Shown piece by piece: positions 30,601-41,243 of a stretch of 64,000 nt of DNA (position 1 is its first letter; the number at the start of each line of letters is the position of its first letter). The notes under the pieces were generated by a model. It saw nothing but the letters and a program-made list of their open reading frames with translations. It did no database searches and was not told the DNA's origin. The position numbers and the translations under genes were made by a program. Source of the stretch: Octopus vulgaris (Eukaryota); NCBI GenBank assembly GCA_951406725.2, contig OX597830.1, positions 25,172,001 through 25,236,000 on the forward strand. Direction: 5' to 3'.

Positions 30601-31879
30601 ACACCAGCCAGCACACCAGAATTGTTTACAGAACCTATCACAGACACAACGATACAGATTACTTCAAAGAGTCAAATTCCAACAGAAACTGATAAATCTA
30701 CTTCTCAACTTCCCCAAACAACACACATTGATACATCCACTCCAGAAAGCACAACTTTATATGGTGATATCCTTACTCAGCCTTCGACTCAGGGAGGAGT
30801 TACACCTGAAGAAAGAACTTCTGCATCAACAAGTGCATCTAGTTTACCTGAACACATTTTCACTTTGAACACAACACGCCTTTCATCTACTACAAATTTA
30901 GCATCATTATTGCATTCAACGCTTAGTGAAGGTATTTCTATTTTTAATGGCAGTAGCTTTGTGCATCCAACTTTCTTATCTACAAAGACAAAATTTCCTG
31001 ATTCAGTGTCTACTACAACCTCTTCTCCATTTGTCTCTTCTTTACAGACGTCTTCTATTTCTACACTGAGATCATTGATTTCTAAATTTCATAATTTCTC
31101 TACTCTGTCTCCTCCTAATGCAACCAATATGTCAGAATCTTCAACTTCATCTCTCCTTTCTACTTCACATTTTGTTACAAATAATGAAACATATATTTCT
31201 GAAGAAACCAATTCAACTTTGCCAACTCACTCTAAATCAATTGCCCAAAATTTTTCATATTCACCAACCTCTCTTGAAAGAACAAAACCAACAATATTAA
31301 CTGTCATAACTAGGAAAGTTAAACAACCAGATTTTTCTCCGATGTCAACTACAAATACCTCCAATCAAAGTTCAACACTGACTGTCCTGAAAACATTTCA
31401 TCCTTCAACTTCTATGAAAATTACTAATGAATCTGAACTTTATATTACTAAACAGCCTACTCATGGTATTCTTGTAACTAATACAACAAGAACAAAAGAT
31501 AAGTCTTACACGATGATAACAGCTCGCACCAGTGCAAAAGCCAACAAACGATTACCTGTCACAAAGATACTCAATGCAACAGACTTTGATGAGAAAATAT
31601 ATAGCACTCCTAGTAGCCCTCTCCAAACAAAACCAAATGCAAGTAGTACAATGCTGGTGATTTCAAGAAGTATCCAGCAACATCTGTCAACACCAATAAA
31701 AACTCATTCAACTGGAAAGACTGTTTTGCCTTCTCCAAGCAGTTCATCAAGTACAAATACTTCTATGATAATAATATCCCGGAGAACTAAACCAGTTACT
31801 TCAATAATTCCTCCAACAATAACAACAACAATGCTGAATATATCCACAATTTTAGCAACTACTATATCACCAATGAAAG
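1..31879 (+). CDS. Giant single exon (5'-truncated by the window) encoding the Thr/Ser/Pro-rich tandem-repeat region of a very large mucin-like glycoprotein (>10,600 aa in window)
   Basis: Chain of + strand PTS ORFs (279-11192, 12461-13627, 13527-18194, 18545-19513, 19752-27140, 28193-29590, 29806-31908) that join into one frame once 14 small indels are corrected against neighbouring repeat units. No intron-like sequence or TE in 32 kb. Ends at donor AAG|GTAAGA. Confidence 0.85.
7176..7445 (+). repeat. Perfect coding minisatellite (ACAACCACAAGACGACCA)15 = (TTTRRP)15
   Basis: 15 identical 18-bp units in frame with the 279-11192 ORF, preceded by a poly-Thr run. Confidence 0.95.
23771..24648 (+). 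repeat. Cassette C copy 1 (878 bp; KASTEKTQEITTRA...SSLQTSSIS)
   Basis: Near-identical to 25565-26442 and 30186-31063. Confidence 0.9.
25565..26442 (+). repeat. Cassette C copy 2
   Basis: 1794 bp downstream of copy 1 with only a few substitutions. Confidence 0.9.
30186..31063 (+). repeat. Cassette C copy 3 (leads into the unique stalk)
   Basis: Same sequence, but followed by unique coding sequence (TLRSLISKF...) instead of returning to array B. Confidence 0.9.
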
Positions 31880-32504
31880 GTAAGACAATCAATTATTCAA
31901 TTTCCTGAGGAAAACTTTTTTTTTTACAGTTATAATTATTACCATTATTATTTATCATGTTTTCAAGTTTTATGCAAATTTCTACAACATTGCTATGTGA
32001 ACTTCTGTATTTATGAGAGATGTACAGCATTGTCCTTTGGGAATATAGAATTTTGATTCTATACTACATCAGTTTTACCTTATTGTGGAATTTGGTTTGT
32101 TATTTCTAAATTAGTTTAGTGTTTCTTTGATTATGTAGTGAATGTACAATATGAATTCTATTATCTTGTAGGGTGGTTTTTGTTTTTCTATATACTCTGT
32201 AATTGATGTGATATTATTTAGTCTTGGCCAGTGACTCCATGGTGTTTGTGCTATGAAGGTAGTGTTATTCTAAGGGTATACAACTGTGTAGAATGTGAGT
32301 TAAGTGGCTAGTGTTATAGACTTAGGTGTCAAGAATTTGAAGGTATTATAAACACTAATTCAATTGAATAAATGCTTTCATCTTGGTTGCTATGATCATA
32401 CCATTTCAGGACCTGTACCCTCAGGACTTCTTCAAATGCTTGTCATGTTCAGTAATGTTTGTTGTTTATTCATTGTATTTACAATGTATTGATTACATGT
32501 ATTA

Positions 32505-32890
32505 CATTGTATTGATGCCTGACAACAGTTTTCTTGAGATTGACTGTCAATCCTAAGGCAGTGCAAGCATCAGAAAATGCATTCAAAATGTGTTGCATAT
32601 CAATCTCTGTGTGTGCTACTAGCTCACAATCATCAGCATACAAAAGGTCTCTTATGATAGAGGTAAATATCTTTGTTTTTGCAGCAAGGGGCCTGATATT
32701 AAATATGCTGCTAGAGGTTCGATAATGGACGTAAACACCATATCTACAGTTTCTGAATGCAATACAGAACACCATCACGAAATATATGGAAAATAGGGTC
32801 GGTGCCAGAATATCCCCCTGTTTCACTCCATTTTGTATTGAAATGGGCTCCGACATCTTCCCTCTAACATTCTCCCTACCATTCATGGTT
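32505..32890 (-). mobile_element. RTE-clade LINE reverse transcriptase fragment
   Basis: GVKQGDILAPTLFSIYF ... RDLLYADDCELVAHTEIDMQHILNAFSDACTALGLTVNLKKTVV (YADD catalytic motif, RTE/BovB-like context). Confidence 0.85.
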
Positions 32891-32907
32891 AGGTCTTTTC
32901 ATGAAAA

Positions 32908-33116
32908 CATATACACACATACATACATACATACATACATACATACATACATACATACATACATACATGCATATATATATCACGTGATCACGTGACCGAC
33001 CAGACCATCAGATGTTGTTATACATTGCTGGTCACAATGCGTTCGCATTGTTTTAGCCTTCGAATGATGCCACCCCGCTGGCTAAGTGAGCAAGCCACAC
33101 ACACACACACACACAT

Positions 33117-33175
<59 letters not shown>

Positions 33176-33186
33176 TACATATATAC
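32908..33186. repeat. (TACA)n and (CA)n(TA)n microsatellites flanking a short GC-richer SINE-like fragment (32981-33096)
   Basis: Microsatellites are directly visible. The family of the middle fragment was not established. Confidence 0.75.
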
Positions 33187-33360
33187 TTGGATACTTAGCA
33201 AGGTAAAGAGTGGCTATAAAGAGGAATCAAGGTGAGCAAATATGGAGACAATTATGCATATAAACTAACTTATGATATCTAAGATAAATTGATTCACCCA
33301 ATGTTTATTTGCTTCATTACTGGCTGCATGTTGTTGTGAACTACATCTACCCACATTATA

Positions 33361-33657
33361 TTAAATAATAACAGCTTGGGTTTGATATACAAAATACGTA
33401 TATATGCATACATGCAGAGAGAAAACAAAAGACTTTATATATCTATTTATATATCTATGGCTCTAGAAACAGCTGTTGGACCCATAACACCTTACCTTTC
33501 TCTGCTGTTTGTACTCTGTGTAAGTTTTATCTATTGATATAAATATCTATATAATTATTCTTAAATATTCATCTGAAAGTGTTCAGTCTTTTGCTTTCTC
33601 TCTGCATGTATGCATATATACATATTTTGTATATCAAACCCAAGCTGTTATATTTAA
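33361..33657. repeat. Inverted repeat / foldback: ~74-bp arms (33361-33434 and 33585-33657), with weaker outer arms at ~33205-33256 and ~33670-33706
   Basis: The arms are reverse complements with only one indel and two substitutions. Confidence 0.85.
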
Positions 33658-34230
33658 TTCATTTATCCACATAATTGCCTCTATATCTACTCTTATAGCC
33701 ACTCTTTTCTCTATGGAATTGGTTCCTCATAAACACACGAATATTTACATATACATTAATGCATGTATATAAGTGTGTGTGTGTTTTACATGAATGATAT
33801 TTTGATAATAGAGAGTAATTTTTGATTTCATATATATTGATATATGTGTATGTATGGAAAAATTTTTTAAGTAAATATTTCCAAAATGACTTCAGCGTAA
33901 AGCTTCTCACAAGAGTTTGCTTGCATTTAGCATCTTTGACTATCCTTCACTCCTGCCCTGTTTGTTGTTTTAGTTTCCCTCTACCGGCAGGACCAACAGG
34001 AAACACATCACATTTTATGATATATAAGATAAACTGCAATATTCTAAGTATTGCAGGTAACATATAGTGAGCATGAGTTCAATCAATGGGTCAGTGAACC
34101 AACATGCAGTCTGGTTTAACTTGAACAAACAAGTGACATTACAAGTATGAGAATAACTAATACAAGAATATCCCAGGCACTAATAACAGAGTAATAAGTT
34201 TACCATTGTGATTTGAATAAAGGGTTTGTT

Positions 34231-34440
34231 AAGGCAGTGAGCTGGCAGAAACGTTAGCATGCCGGGTGAAATGCTTAGCGCTATTTCGTCTGTCTTTACG
34301 TTCTGAGTTCAAATTCCGCTGAGGTTGACTTTGCTTTTCAGGGTCAATAAATTAAGTACCAGTTGTGTACTGGTGTCAATCTAATTGACTAGCCCCTCCC
34401 CAAGAATTTGGGCCTTGTGTCTAGAGAAGAAAAGAATAAA
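34231..34440 (+). mobile_element. tRNA-derived SINE, family 1
   Basis: A-box-like TGGCAGAAACG and B-box GAGTTCAAATTCC. Homologous copies at 46158, 49669, 50650, 56820 (-) and 63930. Imperfect TSD GAATAAAGG(G/A)TTTG. Confidence 0.85.
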
Positions 34441-34749
34441 GGATTTGGTTCAAAATTACAAGAATGTTACAGGATGTCAGGCACCTAAAGATGGTGGGTG
34501 ATACAACAGCTAAAATGTTGTAACACATTCTGAATAAATCAGTGTGTAATAATAGTAATTTCTAATCTCATTAATTTCAGACAAAACTTATGTCAGGGTA
34601 TGTGTTGTGTGATTTTATTGAGTATTGATTGCGCTGAGTAAATGTTGTTATATTGTTTCAACATTCATAAGATAGGTGGCATTGTGTGACATACCTTATT
34701 TCATTGGGTAGTTATTGTATATGGTATAACTAATTATGATATTCCTTAA

Positions 34750-35830
34750 CCCTTTCGTTACCAAACCACCCAAAGCCGCCCAAAAAAAATTTTGGTTAAT
34801 GTGACCAAACCTCCCAAACCCGTCCGTATTTACCTATTCATATTTAAATGAGAATATCAGAGCAAATCTCTTTAGTACATTCGTGAAAACACGTATTATA
34901 CTTCGTAAACAGTTCAACTACAGTTTTGTACAACAATCGAAGTGTAATTTTAATTCTGTGAATTTTGGGAGATTTTTTTCCGAAATTTGTTCCTATTGTG
35001 TTTTCAAAATTTGTAATTCTGACAAAAAAATGGATACAAATTTCATTATATCAAGCAGCGTGTCAGAATTCAAAGGATTTTCTATTGAACAACTTCATAA
35101 ATCTAACTCTATGACTGAAAAAAAAAAGCACGTGGTATTTGATAATGAATCTGATGTTTCATTTACCGAAAGTGAAAACAGTGAATCCGAGAGCTCTGAC
35201 AGCGATAAAGAAAATGAATTGGCACCTGAATGGAGTGAAAATTTAAAAACTGTTTCTTTCGATGATTTTTCTGAAGAAACTGGACCAAGCCACAGACTTT
35301 CCCAGGAGAGTAAAGCCTTAGACTATTTCTTTTTACTTTTTCGAATGAGCCTATTTGAAATCATTACGGCGGAAATGATCCGTTATGCTAAATGTAAACA
35401 AAGTGAAAGAAAGGATAGTTAGTGGTTTCCCACAACCTTAAATGAAATTAAGACTATTTTGCCATAAATATTATTATGGGTATCAGAAAGTTACCCAGAA
35501 TAACAAATTCTATCATAAAATTTTGTTGTATACCCAATTGAATATTAGCTAATAACCCATTTTCTATAGCAATGTTTGAACAAAATTTTAATAATTTTAT
35601 ATTTTGTTGAATTTACCTGTATCTACCTGCAATTAGAGTCACTTTGTGACAAAAATTATTGTATAGAATTGGTTGAGAACATTTCATTAAATTATCTTCC
35701 AAAAATCACTTTAATATATTAATAAATAAAAAAAGTTATAGTTGTTTAATGAAACCAGACTAAATTTATGATTATGTTAGAAATTAATTGAAACACATAA
35801 GGGGTGGTCAGAAATATAGTAACGAAAGGG
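34750..35830 (+). mobile_element. Internally deleted piggyBac element with the 5' part of the transposase
   Basis: TTAA TSD at 34746-34749 and 35831-35834; perfect 12-bp TIR CCCTTTCGTTAC. ORF 34883-35422 has an acidic N-terminus followed by LDYFFLLF..FEIITAEMIRYA..*WFPTTLNEIK..IIMGIRKLP, typical of piggyBac transposase N-termini. Confidence 0.9.
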
Positions 35831-35992
35831 TTAAAACGACAGTCATTGAAACTTCAAACAGAACTTTATTACTTAAAAGTTATCTATCCCACTTCAAAGA
35901 GAAAGTATCTTAACATTTCAGACATCAGTCCTTCTTCAGAATAAAGAAAAACATGTAGGAGTGAGAAAGAAGAATAGCCAATGACAAACAGA

Positions 35993-36095
35993 CATACATA
36001 CATACATACATACATACATACATACATACATACATACATACATACATACATACATACATACATACATACATTGCATACATACATACATATATACA
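35993..36095. repeat. (TACA)n microsatellite
   Basis: Directly visible. Confidence 0.95.
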
Positions 36096-36109
36096 TCAAA
36101 AATATTAAC

Positions 36110-36850
36110 TAGATTATGGCTGTGAGATAACAGTTTATTCAAAGTAGCCGTTCACAGCTTCAACCCAGCTCTAGAAGCTGGTGCATTCCTCACTGTGTCC
36201 TTGGGAAGATCTTCAAACCCTTCCTTGATCTTGGCCACCAACTTGGCTTTTGTGTTGCAGGCAGAAAGGTTGGTTTCTCTTTCTCAATTGTACCCCATAG
36301 ATAGTAATCCATAGGAGTACAATCAGGAGTGTTGAGAGACCAGAAATTGGGGCTGATAAAGCCATAGAAATTCTCCAACAACCACTTCTGGTTCTTTCTG
36401 GAGGTATGGCAAGGAGCCAAATCCTACTGCCACACATATGGCCTTCCAATAGCAACTCATTTCAGTCAGGGATTGACTACAGTCTCCAGGATCTTCACAT
36501 AGTCGTCTGAATTGAGCCTAAGGTTCTGTTCAAAGATGTGGAGATTAATTCCAGCATGCAGGCAGTTAGAAAGCTTGCTGTGTCCCTTTTTGTTGACCAC
36601 AGCTTCGTAGTCTCCCTTACAGCTGTCCATGTCATGTCTTATACCCTTTACAGTGTTCATAGAGCACTGAGCGGCAGTCATGATGTCGGCATTTTGATAC
36701 CCAACATGAATCAGCATAATACAGGTAACTCTCTTCCAATATTCAGATAGCTTCCAGTCCACCATGTCAGGAAACTTTTCTCAATTAAAACTTTAATCTT
36801 TATGCTCACTGGGGCAGCTACAGAGGAAATGTTAAGGGACCCTCTTTTAA
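36110..36850 (-). mobile_element. Tc1/mariner-superfamily (maT/DD37D-like) transposase remnant, internally deleted
   Basis: Broken frames give YVWQ*DLAPCHTSRKNQKWL..NFWSLNTPDCTPMDYYLWGTIEKE (cf. WPPNSPDLNPMDYxVWG) and an N-terminal HTH-like segment (36466-36765). Confidence 0.75.
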
Positions 36851-36859
36851 TATACAAGG

Positions 36860-37990
36860 GATAGGATGGAGTTTCGCTCTTGACTCATGAGTGAATGTTT
36901 GTTGGATTTGGTAAAGCATTGCAGACAATCAGAACCAGAAATCTGATATGCTCAATATCAGTCCACCAAAAATCAGACCAGGTAACATTCTACTGCAGTA
37001 TATTGGCCCACCTTGTCCAGGCTTGCTTCTCCTACACTTATGTAGACTTCTTGGAGCAGATGTTACTGCATTATTCCTGCAATACTTCCAATCTGATGAG
37101 TTACGAAATATTCATGCCTGAGCTTTCAACAGTTCCAACCAGAGCCCTCTGCTTCAACCATACTTCTGCCACCTACAACTCTCTAACAGCCCTCCACTTC
37201 TTACCTGTGCAAACTTCAATGTCAGTTACTACTACTTTCATGTCACTGGAATCTCTGTACTTTGTGGCTTCTCTTGTTCTTCACACAACAAACTTCTCTG
37301 AGAGTCCACTGAATGGGAGTTGTAATGCTATTTCCCAATGTTTTTGTTAGTTCTGTGGATGGAAACTGTCCTTCAGGTTGCTGTCAAAAGATTTCCCCCA
37401 AGCTCTTGACTGTTTGTTCTGTTGAGATTGGGAAAGCAATGCTGGAAAAGATGAAGCAAAACTTTTCTACCATTTTTCCTTTCTTTAGCACAAGAGACCT
37501 TGATTTTGATAGTCTGAAGTTCATCCATGTCCATGAAATGGGCTTCTTGAGTCCTTAATAGATGTTCCTGTTATCACACCAACTGTTGTTGTTGTTAGGT
37601 CATCTACAGAGGCTCTTATTGGTGGCTGTTGCACACCAGATTCATACAGAGTCCTTGACACTCTACCTCTGCTAACTTGACCAGCATGTTCTTGACAAGG
37701 GCATAAAGAGTTACTGAGATGGTGTAACCTTTTCCAGTATGTACCACTTAGATGCTGTAGGTACACAGGTGACTCTTATCTGGAAGATATGGTAGTAATC
37801 CAGAATGAGGCCAGTGATCTTCCTGGGGACATGGTGCCTTTGAAGAACCTCCTCTATCAGCTTGCGTGGCATGAACCTATAGGTATTTGCAAGGTCCAAC
37901 CGCAGAACCCACCAAATCTCCCTTACCTTTTCTCACTTCTCTTAAGAGCTATATGGCCATCCCAGTGTGCTCTAAGCAGTGAGGTATTGC
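36860..37990 (-). mobile_element. Hero/R2-group non-LTR retrotransposon RT fragment, degraded
   Basis: CLEHTG..REVRKGKGDL..LDLANTY..PRKLIEEVLQRHHVPRKITGLILDYY ... VDDLTTTT ... WTWMNFRLSKSRSLVLKKGK ... VKSLG motifs across frameshifts. Confidence 0.75.
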
Positions 37991-37994
37991 AGCG

Positions 37995-38088
37995 AAGCAT
38001 CAGTGGTGCTTCTCCCTGGTACAAAACCAAACTGCATCTCATCTAGATTAACTCTCTTCATAATGAGTTGGGATATGACCCTCTCCGT
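37995..38088 (-). mobile_element. Short RTE-like LINE RT fragment
   Basis: ERVISQLIMKRVNLDEMQFGFVPGRSTTDA (QFGFxPGRSTTDA RT motif). Confidence 0.7.
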
Positions 38089-38367
38089 AACACACATATA
38101 CATATATACATGTACACACATATACATATAGCTACATGCACACATACATGCATATCTGTGTATGAATATACATACATACTGGAGTGGTAACTTTTTCACT
38201 GAACACTACAGAATTTACAGAATCTTATGTTCAGTTCACTTTAAACAGATATTATGATAGCAATAAAGAAATTTTCATTTGTACTTACATGTTAAAACTC
38301 TTTTTCCTCTGCAACATTATCGTCATGCTAAGTTCATACAATATTTCTATCTTTTGTACTTTTTCAG

Positions 38368-38951
38368 GTTCAATAATTTTTGGATTTGACCTACTATCAC
38401 TAGGCACACGCCGAGCCTCATTTATTCACAAATTCATCAATGCCTTCATGCCATATTCTGGTTACAGTCATTATAGTATTGTTTCATGGAGTAAAAGGCC
38501 CTTGCACGTAAATTTCCCACTATCCAAACATGATTCTGATCGGAGAGAGCCACACATACCAGACTTGGCAGATATAGTGGAAAAAATCAAGAACGACCTA
38601 TCTTCTACTTCTGTACAAGAACATAACTTGGGTAATGGAGATATACCACCAGTCGTTGTACTGTTTGTTGACCCTCTCGAGACAAGTCTTACAATGCCTT
38701 TAATCAAAGCAGTTAGGCAATTGAAAAAATCTCGTGCAAGAGTATTTTTATTAAATATTGGAATCAGCAAATGGCCAAAACAAGGAACTCTAGAATTGCT
38801 TAGTAGCGAACCAAGTCAGTTGCATATTGTCCATGCTCCATCCTATCGGCAACTACTAAACAGGGCTTTGAACACTCCCTACCAGTTCCGATTGCTGTCA
38901 AATCAATATAAACCCATTACATTCAAAAAGACTAATGCTCCTGCATATTAA
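38368..38951 (+). CDS. Terminal exon encoding a degenerate von Willebrand factor A (VWA)-like domain (~194 aa), no Cys, no transmembrane segment
   Basis: Strong polypyrimidine acceptor. Motifs occur in VWA order: IIFGFD (beta1), YSIVSWS..VNFPLS, IPPVVVLFVDP (cf. VPKVLIVITDG), AVRQLKKSRARVFLLNIG (cf. AAxxLKxxGVxVFAIGVG), LELLSSEPSQLHIVHAPSYRQL (cf. LxxIASEPxxxHVFxVxxFxxL). TAA at 38949-38951. Confidence 0.8.
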
Positions 38952-39047
38952 AAAAATTTCTAACAAAAGAATATAGACTCAAACATTTGGCTAATTGTCA
39001 GATTTCAAATTTAAAAAAGCATTGGTAATTCAATGTTTTGGTCTCAT

Positions 39048-39053
39048 AATAAA
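39048..39053 (+). promoter_or_regulatory. Candidate polyadenylation signal AATAAA (further candidates at 39308 and 39555)
   Basis: First AATAAA lies ~100 bp after the stop, with T/GT-rich sequence downstream. The AT-rich context makes chance hits common. Confidence 0.35.
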
Positions 39054-39154
39054 AAATAACCTTTAAGTTGAGGAAATATCTAGCAATATTTATATGTTAA
39101 TGGAATATCTATGTGTTTCAGCTAAATAACTTAACAGTTTCTTTTGGGCTTTTC

Positions 39155-39186
<32 letters not shown>

Positions 39187-39724
39187 AGTGGGTGGGCTCG
39201 TTTGTGGATCAAAAACAAACAGGAAAAGCAGTTAATAGTTTTTTTTGTTTTGTTTTTGTCTTTGCTTTTTTTTGTGCAACTATAATTCATAAGTATGTGT
39301 TTCATAAAATAAAAGATCTGATTAATTTCTATTACTAAAACGTAAGTACAAAATATTTTCTATTCTTAACCTACTTGATATATCATGCTGCTATATTGTT
39401 TATTTAAGCTTCTTTTATGATGAGCAATTTAAGTGTTATTTTGATTGTTTGTTTTTTTAGGGGTGGTAATGTTCTAAATGCAAGATATATTCCTTTTTTT
39501 AATATTTTGTTTAAAAAATATTAAAATACCAACTACAAAATGATTGCAAATGCAAATAAAAGATGTGAATTTCATTTTAAACGCTGTGGTTTTAAGGATT
39601 AATCTCTTTTCTACATATATTTAAAATTTTACAAAATGACAAAAACTATTAAGAATATTTAATCTATTACTGAAAGCAAAACAATTGTTACAGAATACTC
39701 AAAATAAAATAAGCATAAAAAGAC

Positions 39725-39728
<4 letters not shown>

Positions 39729-39777
<49 letters not shown>

Positions 39778-40283
39778 ATATCAAAAATAACTTCTGTATT
39801 AAATAATTTGACTGAGAATACATTTTTAAAGATTGTTGTATCCACACACACGCACACACAAAGTATACAACACACACAAAAATATTTACTTTTGATGCCT
39901 GAAGTTATTCAGCTGAATACTAGAAAGTCTAAAGCAATTAGAAAAACAATCAGTTGCCATAGTTCTAATCACAAAGGAAACATGCTTTAAATGATTCTAA
40001 ATACATTTGAATTTCTTTATTAACATAATTACTCAAATTGTTATTTTATAGATTTGACTTAGGGATCACATAAACTCGCAAAATCTATGTATATTCGTGA
40101 AGTACATTTTCCTGAGTACACATTTATGCATACATGCAAACACACACACACACACACAACACATACTATAAACATCAACACTCTACACAAGTTTTATAAA
40201 TTAAACTTCTTAACAACAAAATTATAAACCTTTAAAAATTAAATGTTATATTTTTTATTTCATATTATTATTATTATTATTAA

Positions 40284-40317
<34 letters not shown>

Positions 40318-41243
40318 GTTGTTATTTTTATTATTATAGCCTAAACGTTCCACTGTGAAAGTTTAAAGATTTTAGTTACTTGTTTTTCTTAAAAAATTTT
40401 CTGTTCACACCTAATTTATTTTTACCCTAATTAAATATTTTAAAATTTATTAAATATTATTGTCTTTCCATTTAATAACCTTCACATTCAACTTTCATAA
40501 GTATTTCTGATCAAGTTGATCAGAATTCTGTTTTGTTATTTTTTTAACTCTACTTGCTGAGTATATTTTTGTAGTACAATATTGTTGTTATCTTCAAATA
40601 GAATAATTTTATGATCTTTTAGTCATTTTGAAAGACTATGAAAGTGTAGTGATGCTACTGATGATAACAATATTGTACTACATTAATAGTCACTGGCAAT
40701 GTAGCTTGCTTAATTGCAAATTAATAAAGATTTAGCCATAATTTCCAAGACATATCTGACTTTGTATTCTAAAAATATTCATCTGTCATTTTTTAGTAAA
40801 TAATACAAAAAAATCAGTAACTTAAAATGATTACTATTAAAAATTATTTATATTTTACTAATTTAATTCAAATAAATCTAAGCCGCCAATTTGCAAATTT
40901 GGCATTTTGTTCAATTGATGATAAATCAGTTTGGAGTTGGGGGTTTTTTCTTGTTCTTATTTTTTCTTTTTAGTTTCTAAGCATGAAAACTTAATTATTT
41001 TTGTTCTTCCTTTTCGTTTTGGTTTTTATTTGGATAGGAGTTGTTTTTTTCCATTTTGGCTTTGTTTTTCTTTTACTGCTTGCTTTCTTGAATATTTGTA
41101 ATTTTCAAATATACAATCATCAACAGATCAATGTTTATAGCTAATATAAGAGAAAGTACCTGCAATAAAATAATTCATATAGTTTTTCTAATGTTCATTT
41201 AAAACCTTGATTGCATCGCACACACACACACATGCACGCACGC

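Larger units (their letters stand above)
31880..38367 (+). other. Predicted phase-1 GT-AG intron (6,488 bp) of the mucin gene
   Basis: Donor ATG AAA G|GTAAGA and acceptor CTTTTGTACTTTTTCAG|GT. The split codon G+GT = Gly joins the frame of the 29806 ORF to the frame of the 38184 ORF. Small internal exons cannot be excluded. Confidence 0.75.

Noticed and set aside
3356-31892. Dozens of recurring 60-130 aa Val/Cys-rich minus-strand and Gln-rich alternate-frame ORFs
   Set aside because: They recur with the array period and are mirror or out-of-frame readings of the mucin exon.
34750-35830. Sense-oriented piggyBac acting as an exon trap (CSB-PGBD3-like fusion)
   Set aside because: The best acceptor (TCTCTTTAG, 34875) gives an immediate stop in phase 1, and the transposase is truncated with a stop and frameshift.
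37085-37120. CTGATGAGTTACGAAATATTC hammerhead-like core
   Set aside because: Lies antisense within a Hero RT remnant and stem I has only ~2 bp; likely chance.
38184-38367. Hydrophobic N-terminal part of ORF 38184-38951 as a signal or TM segment of a standalone gene
   Set aside because: It starts at GTG and corresponds to the T-rich intron end upstream of a strong acceptor; the domain begins exactly at the acceptor.
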